Source of the DNA: Octopus sinensis
Lineage: Eukaryota
NCBI RefSeq assembly: GCF_006345805.1
Contig: NW_021829595.1
Span: 1-32,364 of the forward strand
Direction of reading: 5' to 3'
Length of the DNA stretch: 32,364 nucleotides
Made by a program: the position numbers and the translations under genes. The notes under the pieces are model-generated. The model did no database searches. It saw only the letters and a program-made list of their open reading frames with translations, and was not told the origin of the DNA. This document shows, in pieces, positions 22,285-32,364 of the stretch (the stretch's first letter is position 1; the number at the start of each line of letters is the position of its first letter).

Positions 22285-22831
22285 AGATCAACATCAATGA
22301 AATTTGTAGCTGTGATACCAGTGCTGGTGGCACGTAAGAGAACCATCTGAACGTGACATGTAAAAAGCACCATCTGATGTGGCCATTGCCAGTTTCATCT
22401 GGTCTCCATGCCGGTGGCACGTAAAAAGCACCATCCGATCGTGGCCATTTGCCAGCCTCGTCTGGCACATAAAAAGCACCCACTACACTCACGGAGTGGT
22501 TGGCGTTAGGAAGGGCATCCAGCTGTAGAAACACTGCCAGATCAGACTGGGCCTGGTACAGCCTTCTGGCTTCCTAGACCCCAGTTGAACCGTCCAACCC
22601 ATGCTAGCATGGAAAGCGGACGTTAAACGATGATGATGAGGAGAGGAGATAGTAAGGTAAAAAGCACCCACTACACATCACGGAGTGGTTGGCATTAGGA
22701 AGGGCATCCAGCCGTAGAAAACACTGCCAGATTTGACTGGGCCTGATGAAGCCTTCTGGCTTCACAGACCCCAGTAGAACCGTCCAACCCATGCTAGCAT
22801 GGAAAACGGACGCTAAACGATGATGATGATG
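22285..22831 (+). repeat. U4: right-arm repeat-B body plus second copy
   Basis: Near identical to the other right arms. Confidence 0.9.
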
Positions 22832-22904
22832 ACTATATATTTGTTCTTCACTCATTTATTTCTGTTCACCTCATAACCACGCCTGCATACGTATATACAG
22901 TCTG

Positions 22905-24571
22905 TTTTACTTGTTTCAGTCATTTGACTGTGGCCATGCTGGAGCACCGCATTTAGTCGAGCTAATTGACCCCAGGACTTATTCTTTGTAAACCTAGTAC
23001 TTATTCTATTGCTCTCTCTTTGCCAAACTGCTAAGTTACGGGGACGTAAACACACCAGCATCGGTTGTCAACGATGTTTTGGGGACAGACAGACACAAAA
23101 ACACCACACACACATATATTTATACATATATATGATGGGCTTCTTTCAGTTTCCGTCTGCCAAATCCACTCACAAGGCATTGGTCGGTCCAAGGCTATAG
23201 TAGAAGATAGTTGCCCAAGATGCCACGCAGTGGGACTGAACCCGGAACTATGTGGTTGGTAAGAAGCAAGCTACTTACCACACAACCACTCCTGCATATA
23301 TATACATATATATGACAGGCTTCTTTCAGTTTCCATCTACCAAATCCACTCACAAGGCATTGGTCGGCCCAAGGCTATAGTAGAAGATAGTTGCCCAAGG
23401 TGCCACGCAGTGGAACTGAACCCGTAACTATGTGGTTGGTAAGCAAGCTACTTACCACACAACCACTCCTGCATATATATACATATATACGACAGGCTTC
23501 TTTCAGTTTCCATCTACCAAATCCACTCACAAGGCATTGGTCGGCCCAGGGCAATAGTAGAAGATAGTTGCCCAAGGTGCCACGCGGTGGGACTGAACCC
23601 AGAACCATGTGGTTGGTTAGCAAACTACTTACCACACAGCCACTCCTGCATATATATACATATATACGACGGCTTCTTTCAGTTTCCATCTACCAAATCC
23701 ACTCACAAGGCATGGTCGGCCAGGGCTATAGCAGAAGACACTTGCCCAAGATGCCACGCAGTGGGGACTGACCCCAGAACCATGTGGTTGGTTAGCAAAC
23801 TACTTACCACACAGCCACTCCTGCATATATATGCATATATACGATGGGCTTCTTTCAGTTTCCATCTACCAAATCCACTCACAAGGCATTGGTCGGCCCA
23901 GGTCCATAGCAGAAGACACTTGCCCAAGATGCCACGCAGTGGGACTGAACCCAGAACCATGTGGTTGGTTAGCAAACTACTTACCACACAGCCACTCCTG
24001 CATATATATACATATATACGATGGGCTTCTTTCAGTTTCCATCTACCAAATCCACTCACAAGGCATTGGTCGGCCCAGGGCCATAGCAGAAGACACTTGC
24101 CCAAGATCCCACGCAGTGGGACTGAACCAGAACCATGTGGTTGGTTAGCAAACTACTTACCACACAGCCACTCCTGCATATATATACATATATACGATGG
24201 GCTTCTTTCAGTTTCCATCTACCAAATCCACTCACAAGGCCATTGGTCGGCCAGGGCCATAGCAGAAGGACACTTGCCCAAGATGCCACGCAGTGGACTG
24301 AACCCAGAACCATGTGGTTGGTTAGCAAACTACTTACCACACAGCCACTCATCATAATATACATATATACGATGGGCTTCTTTCAGTTTCCATCTACCAA
24401 ATCCACTCACAAGGCATTGGTCGGCCCAGGGCCATAGCAGAAGACACTTGCCCAAGATGCCACGCAGTGGGACTGAATCCAGAACCATGTGGTTGGTTAG
24501 CAAACTACTTTATTTCATATAATATGCCATTTAGGCATTTTTGCAAACTACTTACCACACAACCACTCCTG
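22905..24571 (-). repeat. U5: SINE-A with 8 x 177-bp heads
   Basis: 8 marker occurrences. Confidence 0.92.
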
Positions 24572-24753
24572 TACCTTTGTACAAGGATTTATTACAAGCC
24601 ATGTAATTGGATTTCAGAACAACCTGCTGCGCTTGAGGAGACCTATTGTGTTCTTCAGTAAATGTTATCATCACGTCATTTGTATATTTAGAACTACATT
24701 ATTCAACCTGTTCTATTGATTGTGGGACATGATTTAAGCCGATTTTTGGTGAT

Positions 24754-25210
24754 GTTTCGCTTGTCGTAGCACACGTTTCCGTCGATTTCCTCCGTCGATT
24801 GTCGATTTCCGTAAAAAATGTAAACATTGAATCGGCCATACATACATACATACACACACACATACATACACATATACATAGATACATACACACACACACA
24901 TACATGCAGACATACATATACACATACACCGAGTAAAATTTTTTAGTTATCTCTCTCTTTCACACATTACTCTGTCTCTTCACACACACTAACAGAAGCA
25001 CTTCACTTACACAACATACTGTCTGTCTCCCACCCACACCCCATCAAACACACACACGGGGACTTCAAAGAGAAATTTCCTCGTCATAAATTCGCTTCCT
25101 CTTAGTCTCTTTCGCTCTCATTACTTCAAAAGTTCCCGCAAGCCCATATGTAAAAAAATAAAAAGCTTTTTACGGAAATCGACGGAAACTTGTGCTACGA
25201 CAAGCGAAAC
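24754..25210. mobile_element. U5: inverted-repeat (MITE-like) element
   Basis: Same 37-bp inverted repeats. Confidence 0.65.
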
Positions 25211-25433
25211 TTCGTCCAATTTTTGTTGTTTTTACTAGAAGGTCAAGCTACCACATTTCTGTATTGAGTAGTAGTATACAACTGGATCTTGTCATTGTTT
25301 TCGAAATTTCAAACAAACAAGGTATCAAGAGAGAGCCACACCAAAAAAGGAAGCTTGATTATGGAAGGTGAGAAACGCATCATATGAGTACTTGATATTC
25401 CTACTGCTTTCAACAATGGATTGTTCTTCTCAA

Positions 25434-25807
25434 TCTCTCTCTATATAAACGGCAGCAGTTTGTCTGTGCGTCTGTTTTCTTGTACCCTCACCCTGACCAC
25501 GGCTTTCAACCGATTCTGATGAAACTTGACACACACATAGCCCAATGTCATAATTCAAAACTAACGCAGCCAAAATTTTGAAAAGTTCCCCCAGTTCTGA
25601 AAAAAATCGATAAATTCGACATGGGGTCGAGAATCAGAAACACAAGCCGCAAACTCTCTAGGGGACGCAACTCCACCTTTTTTAACTAAAAAAAAAATTT
25701 ACCATCATTTTTTTCCATCTTTTTGCTATTTTTTGGCTATAACTCTCTAAAAATGCTTTATAGTTATTTCCCTTACAAACCCGAGCAACGCCGGGCGATA
25801 CTGCTAG
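25434..25807 (+). mobile_element. U5: non-autonomous Helitron
   Basis: A|TC...hairpin...CTAG|T. Confidence 0.85.
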
Positions 25808-25915
25808 TTCTATATATTCTATAGCTACAGAATCAGCCTAGTGATCAGTGCTGTACCAGCTAAGTGATAACAGGGCTGTTCCATTTAGGACTTATCAACA
25901 GTTGACTCTATCCTT

Positions 25916-27008
25916 CATCATCATTATCATCATCATCGTTTAACGTCCGTTTTCGTGCTAGCACGGGTTGGACGGTTCGACCGGGGTCTGGGAAGCCAGG
26001 GGCTGCTCCAGGCTCCAGTCTGATCTGGCAGAGTTTCTACGGCTGGATGCCCTTCCTAACGCCAACCACTCTGTGAGTGTAGTGGGTGCTTTTTACCTTA
26101 CTATGTCCTCCTCATCATCATCGTTTAACGTCCGTTTTCCGCGCTAGCATGGGTTGGACGGTTCGACCGGGGTCTGGGAAGCCCGAAGGCTGCTCCAGGC
26201 TCCAGTCTGATCTGGCAGAGTTTCTACGGCTGGATGCTCTTCCTAACGCCAACCACTCCGCAAGTGTAGTGGGTGCTTTTTACCTTACTACCTCCTCCTC
26301 CTCATCATCATCGTTTAACATCCGTTTTCCATGCTAGCATGGGTTGGACGGTTCGACCGGGGTCTGGGAAGCCCGAAGGCTGCTCCAGTCTGATCTGGCA
26401 GAGTTTCTACGGCTGGATGCCCTTCCTAACGCCAACCACTCCGTGAGTGTAGTGGGTGCTTTTTACCTTACTATCTCTTCCTCATCATCATCATCGTTTA
26501 ACGTCCGTTTTCCATGCTAGCATGGGTTGGACGGTTCGACCGGGGTCTGGGAAGCCAGAAGGCTGCACCAGGCTCCAGTCTGATCTGGCAGAGTTTCTAT
26601 GGCTGGATGCCCTTCCTAACGCCAACCACTCCGCGAGTGTAGTGGGTGCTTTTTACCTTACTACATCCTCCTCATCATCATCGTTTAACGTCCGTTTTCC
26701 GCGCTAGCACGGGTTGGACGGTTCGACCGGGGTCTGGGAAGCCAGGGGCTGCTCTAGGCTCCAGACTGATCTGGCAGAGTTTCTACAGCTGGATGCCCTT
26801 CCTAACGCCAACCACTCCGTGAGTGTAGTGGGTGCTTTTTACCTTACGATCTCCTCCTCATCATCATCGTTTAACGTCTGTTTTCCGCGCTAGCACGGGT
26901 TGGACGGTTCGACCAGGCTCCAGTCTGATCTGGAAGAGTTTCTACGGCTGGATGCCTTCCTAACGCCAACCACTCCGCGAGTGTAGTGGGTGCTTTTTAC
27001 GTGCCACC
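25916..27008 (-). repeat. U5: left-arm tandem of 6 repeat-B copies
   Basis: Same variant pattern as U1 and U2. Confidence 0.93.
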
Positions 27009-27078
27009 TGCACAGGTGCCGGGGGGAGGGGTCCGGCATCGGTCGGTAGATGTGATTTCTTCTGTTAATTTAATTATC

Positions 27079-27622
27079 AGATCAACATCAATGGAATTTG
27101 TAGCTGTGATACCAGTGCTGGTGGCACGTAAGAGAACCATCTGAACGTGACATGTAAAAAGCACCATCTGATTGTGGCCATTGCCAGTTTCATCTGGTCT
27201 CCATGCCGGTGGCACGTAAAAAGCACCATCCGATCGTGGCCATTTGCCAGCCTCGTCTGGCACATAAAAAGCACCCACTACACTCACGGAGTGGTTGGCG
27301 TTAGGAAGGGCATCCAGCTGTAGAAACACTGCCAGATCAGACTGGGCCTGGTACAGCCTTCTGGCTTCCTAGACCCCAGTTGAACCGTCCAACCCATGCT
27401 AGCATGGAAAGCGGACGTTAAACGATGATGATGAGGAGGAGATAGTAAGGTAAAAAGCACCCACTACACATCACGGAGTGGTTGGCATTAGGAAGGGCAT
27501 CCAGCCGTAGAAACACTGCCAGATTTGACTGGCCTGATGAAGCCTTCTGGCTTCACAGACCCCAGTAGAACCGTCCAACCCATGCTAGCATGGAAAACGG
27601 ACGCTAAACGATGATGATGATG
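27079..27622 (+). repeat. U5: right-arm repeat-B body plus second copy
   Basis: Near identical to the other right arms. Confidence 0.9.
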
Positions 27623-27693
27623 ACTATATTTGTTCTTCACTCATTTATTTCTGTTCACCTCATAACCACGCCTGCATACGTATATACAGTCTG

Positions 27694-29528
27694 TTTTACT
27701 TGTTTCAGTCATTTGACTGTGGCCATGCTGGAGCACCGCATTTAGTCGAGCTAATTGACCCCAGGACTTATTCTTTGTAAACCTAGTACTTATTCTATTG
27801 CTCTCTCTTTGCCAAACTGCTAAGTTACGGGGACGTAAACACACCAGCATCGGTTGTCAAACGATGTTTTGGGGACAGACAGACACAAAAACACACACAC
27901 ACATATATTTATACATATATATGATGGGCTTCTTTCAGTTTCCGTCTGCCAAATCCACTCACAAGGCATTGGTCGGTCCAAGGCTATAGTAGAAGATAGT
28001 TGCCCAAGATGCCACGCAGTGGGACTGAACCCGGAACTATGTGGTTGGTAAGCAAGCTACTTACCACACAACCACTCCTGCATATATATACATATATATG
28101 ACAGGCTTCTTTCAGTTTCCATCTACCAAATCCACTCACAAGGCATTGGTCGGCCCAGGGCAATAGTAGAAGATAGTTGCCCAAGGTGCCACGCGGTGGG
28201 ACTGAACCCGGAACTATGGTTGGTAAGCAAGCCTACTTACCACACAACCACTATGCATATATATACATATATATACAGGCTTCTTTCAGTTTCCATCTAC
28301 CAAATCCACTCACAAGGCATTGGTCGGCCCAGGGCCATAGCAGAGACACTTGCCCAAGATGCCACGCAGTGGGACTGAACCCAGAACCATGTGGTTGGTT
28401 AGCAAACTACTTAGCACACAGCCACTCCTGCATATATATACATATATACGATGGGCTTCTTTCAGTTTCCATCTACCAAATCCACTCACAAGGCATTGGT
28501 CGGCCCAGGGCTATAGCAGAAGACACTTGCCCAAGATGCCACGCAGTGGGACTGAACCCAGAACCATGTGGTTGGTTAGCAAACTACTTACCACACAGCC
28601 ACTCCTGCATATATATACATATATACGATGGGCTTCTTTCAGTTTCCATCTACCAAATCCACTCACAAGGCATTGGTCGGCCCAGGTCCATAGCAGAAGA
28701 CACTTGCCCAAGATGCCACGCAGTGGGACTGAACCCAGAACCATGTGGTTGGTTAGCAAACTACTTACCACACAGCCACTCCTGCATATATATACATATA
28801 TACGATGGGCTTCTTTCAGTTTCCATCTACCAAATCCACTCACAAGGCATTGGTCGGCCCAGGGCTATAGCAGAAGACACTTGCCCAAGATGCCACGCAG
28901 TGGGACTGAACCCAGAACCATGTGGTTGGTTAGCAAAATACTACCACACAGCCACTCCTGCATATATACATTATACGATGGGCTTCTTTCAGTTTCCATC
29001 TACCAAATCCACTCACAAGGCATTGGTCGGCCCAGGGCCATAGCAGAAGACACTTGCCCAAGATTCCACGCAGTGGGACTGAACCCAGAACCATGTGGTT
29101 GGTTAGCAAACTACTTACCACACAGCCACTCCTGCATATATATACATATATACGATGGGCTTCTTTCAGTTTCCATCTACCAAATCCACTCACAAGGCAT
29201 TGGTCGGCCCAGGGCCATAGCAGAAGACACTTGCCCAAGATGCCACGCAGTGGGACTGAACCCAGAACCATGTGGTTGGTTAGCAAACTACTTACCACAC
29301 AGCCACTCCTGCATATAATACATATATACGATGGGCTTCTTTCAGTTTCCATCTACCAAATCCACTCACAAGGCATTGGTCGGCCCAGGGCCATAGCAGA
29401 AGACACTTGCCCAAGATGCCACGCAGTGGGACTGAATCCAGAACCATGTGGTTGGTTAGCAAACTACTTATTTCATATAATATGCCATTTAGGCATTTTT
29501 GCAAACTACTTACACACAACCACTCCTG
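27694..29528 (-). repeat. U6: SINE-A with 9 x 177-bp heads
   Basis: 9 marker occurrences; variant order matches U3. Confidence 0.93.
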
Positions 29529-29709
29529 TACCTTTGTACAAGCATTTATTACAAGCCATGTAATTGGATTTCAGAACAACCTGCTGCGCTTGAGGAGACC
29601 TATTGTGTTCTTCAGTAAATGTTATCATCACGTCATTGTATATTTAGAACTACATTATTCAACCTGTTCTATTGATTGTGGGACATGATTTAAGCCGATT
29701 TTTGGTGAT

Positions 29710-30157
29710 GTTTCGCTTGTCGTAGCACACGTTTCCGTCGATTTCCTCCGTCGATTGTCGATTTCCGTAAAAAATGTAAACATTGAATCGGCCATACATA
29801 CATACATACACACACACATACATACACATATACATAGATACATACACACACACATACATGCAGACATACATATACACATACACCGAGTAAAATTTTTTAG
29901 TTATCTCTCTCTTTCACACATTACTCTGTCTCTTCACACACACTAACAGAAGCACTTCACTTACACAACATACTGTCTGTCTCCCACACCCCATCAAACA
30001 CACACACGGGGACTTCAAAGAGAAATTTCCTCGTCATAAATTCGCTTCCTCTTAGTCTCTTTCGCTCTCATTTTCAAAAGTTCCCGCAAGCCCATATGTA
30101 AAAAATAAAAAGCTTTTTACGGAAATCGACGGAAACTTGTGCTACGACAAGCGAAAC
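29710..30157. mobile_element. U6: inverted-repeat (MITE-like) element
   Basis: Same 37-bp inverted repeats. Confidence 0.65.
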
Positions 30158-30380
30158 TTCGCCCGATTTTTTGTTGTTTTTACCAGAAGGTCAAGCTACC
30201 ACATTTCTGTATTGAGTAGTAGTATACAACTGGATCTTGTCATTGTTTTCGAAATTTCAAACAAACAAGGTATCAAGAGAGAGCCACACCAAAAAGGAAG
30301 CTTGATTATGGAAGGTGAGAAATGGATCATATGAGTACTTGATATTCCTACTGCTTTCAACAATGGATTGTTCTTCTCAA

Positions 30381-30748
30381 TCTCTCTCTATATAAACGGC
30401 ACTTGTCTGTGCGTCTGTTTTCTTGTACCCTCACCCTGACCACGGCTTTCAACCGATTCTGATGAAACTTGACACACACATAGCCCAATGTCATAATTCA
30501 AAACTAACGCAGCGAAAATTTTGAAAAGTTCCCCCAGTTCTGAAAAAAATCGATAAATTCGACATGGGGTCGAGAATCAGAAACACAAGCCGCAAACTGT
30601 CTAGGGGACGCTACTCCACCTTTTTAACTAAAAAAAAAATTTACCATCATTTTTTTCCATCTTTTTGCTATTTTTGGCTATAACTCTCTAAAAATGCTTT
30701 ATAGTTATTTCCCTTACAAACCCGAGCAACGCCGGGCGATACTGCTAG
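30381..30748 (+). mobile_element. U6: non-autonomous Helitron
   Basis: A|TC...hairpin...CTAG|T. Confidence 0.85.
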
Positions 30749-30856
30749 TTCTATATATTCTATAGCTACAGAATCAGCCTAGTGATCAGTGCTGTACCAG
30801 CTAAGTGATAACAGGGCTGTTCCATTTAGGACTTATCAACAGTTGACTCTATCCTT

Positions 30857-31763
30857 CATCATCATTATCATCATCATCGTTTAACGTCCGTTTTCCGTGC
30901 TAGCACGGGTTGGACGGTTCGACCGGGGTCTGGGAAGCCAGGGGCTGCTCCAGGCTCCAGTCTGATCTGGCAGAGTTTCTACGGCTGGATGCCCTTCCTA
31001 ACGCCAACCACTCTGTGAGTGTAGTGGGTGCTTTTTACCTTACTATGTCCTCCTCATCATCATCGTTTAACGTCCGTTTTCCGCGCTAGCATGGGTTGGA
31101 CGGTTCGACCGGTGTCTGGGAAGCCCGAAGGCTGCTCCAGGCTCCAGTTGATCTGGCAGAGTTTCTACGGCTGGATGCTCTTCCTAACGCCAACCACTCC
31201 GCAAGTGTAGTGGGTGCTTTTTACCTTACTACCTCCTCCTCCTCATCATCATCGTTTAACATCCGTTTTCCATGCTAGCATGGGTTGGACGGTTCGACCG
31301 GGGTCTGGGAAGCCCGAAGGCTGCTCCAGTCTGATCTGGCAGAGTTTCTACGGCTGGATGCCCTTCCTAACGCCAACCACTCCGTGAGTGTAGTGGGTGC
31401 TTTTTACCTTACTATCTCTTCCTCATCATCATCATCGTTTAACGTCCGTTTTCCATGCTAGCATGGGTTGGACGGTTCGACCGGGGTCTGGGAAGCCAGA
31501 AGGCTGCACCAGGCTCCAGTCTGATCTGGCAGAGTTTCTATGGCTCGATGCCCTTCCAAACGCCAACCACTCCGCGAGTGTAGTGGGTGCTTTTTACCTT
31601 ACTACATCCTCCTCATCATCATCGTTTAACGTCCGTTTTCCGCGCTAGCACGGGTTGGACGGTTCGACCAGGCTCCAGTCTGATCTGGAAGAGTTTCTAC
31701 GGTGGATGCCCTTCCTAACGCCAACCACTCCGCGAGTGTAGTGGGTGCTTTTTACGTGCCACC
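30857..31763 (-). repeat. U6: left-arm tandem of 5 repeat-B copies
   Basis: Same variant pattern as U3 and U4. Confidence 0.92.
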
Positions 31764-31831
31764 TGCACAGGTGCCGGGGGGGGGGTCCGGCATCGGTCGG
31801 TAGATGTGATTTCTCTGTTAATTTAATTATC

Positions 31832-32364
31832 AGATCAACATCAATGAATTTGTAGCTGTGATACCAGTGCTGGTGGCACGTAAGAGAACCATCTGAACGT
31901 GACATGTAAAAAGCACCATCTGATTGTGGCCATTGCCAGTTTCATCTGGTCTCCATGCCGGTGGCACGTAAAAAGCACCATCCGATCGTGGCCATTTGCC
32001 AGCCTCGTCTGGCACATAAAAAGCACCCACTACACTCACGGAGTGGTTGGCGTTAGGAAGGGCATCCAGCTGTAGAAACACTGCCAGATCAGACTGGGCC
32101 TGGTACAGCCTTCTGGCTTCCTAGACCCCAGTTGAACCGTCCAACCCATGCTAGCATGGAAAGCGGACGTTAAACGATGATGATGAGGAGGAGAGTAGTA
32201 AGGTAAAAAGCACCCACTACACATCACGGAGTGGTTGGCATTAGAAGGGCATCCAGCCGTAGAAACACTGCCAGATTTGACTGGGCCTGATGAAGCCTTC
32301 TGGCTTCACAGACCCCAGTAGAACCGTCCAACCCATGCTAGCATGGAAAACGGACGCTAAACGA
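31832..32364 (+). repeat. U6: right-arm repeat-B body plus second copy (cut by the window end)
   Basis: Near identical to the other right arms. Confidence 0.9.

Larger units (their letters stand above)
3531..32364. repeat. Composite macrosatellite, 7 tandem units (U0-U6) of ~4.4-4.8 kb including two deletion derivatives; continues past the right edge
   Basis: Marker GCATACGTATATACAG recurs at 3550, 5708, 10134, 14750, 19517, 22885 and 27674 (spacings 2158, 4426, 4616, 4767, 3368, 4789). Internal modules recur in the same order with near identity. Confidence 0.97.

Noticed and set aside
1-32364. Autonomous transposon machinery (reverse transcriptase, RepHel, transposase)
   Set aside because: No long non-repetitive ORF or catalytic motif in any frame; all elements here are non-autonomous.

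Overview
Eukaryotic, almost entirely repetitive DNA. The repeat families look like the abundant tRNA-derived SINE-type repeats of octopus/cephalopod genomes; this assignment is from recall and was not checked against a database. No complete gene is supported, and the supplied ORF track is repeat-derived noise. The left ~3.5 kb holds a 96-bp satellite, one credible 128-nt minus-strand exon (1217-1344), a T-rich TTTGCAAA satellite and a cluster of SINE fragments. From ~3531 to the end of the window is a nested macrosatellite of 7 units (U0-U6; about 2.16, 4.43, 4.62, 4.77, 3.37, 4.79 and >4.69 kb). A full unit contains, in order: (i) one minus-strand SINE ('SINE-A') whose tRNA-like head is amplified into 4-9 tandem 177-bp monomers; (ii) a ~457-bp element bounded by 37-bp inverted repeats; (iii) a ~370-bp non-autonomous Helitron with canonical ends; (iv) 5-6 tandem ~185-bp copies of a second repeat ('repeat-B', (GAT)n tail); (v) an oppositely oriented repeat-B body plus a second tandem copy, forming a long fold-back. 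Diagnostic variants show two unit subtypes, a mosaic unit, two deletion derivatives and an apparent ~12.9-kb higher-order duplication. Scattered 1-3-bp indels suggest residual long-read error, so fine differences and copy numbers need read-level confirmation.
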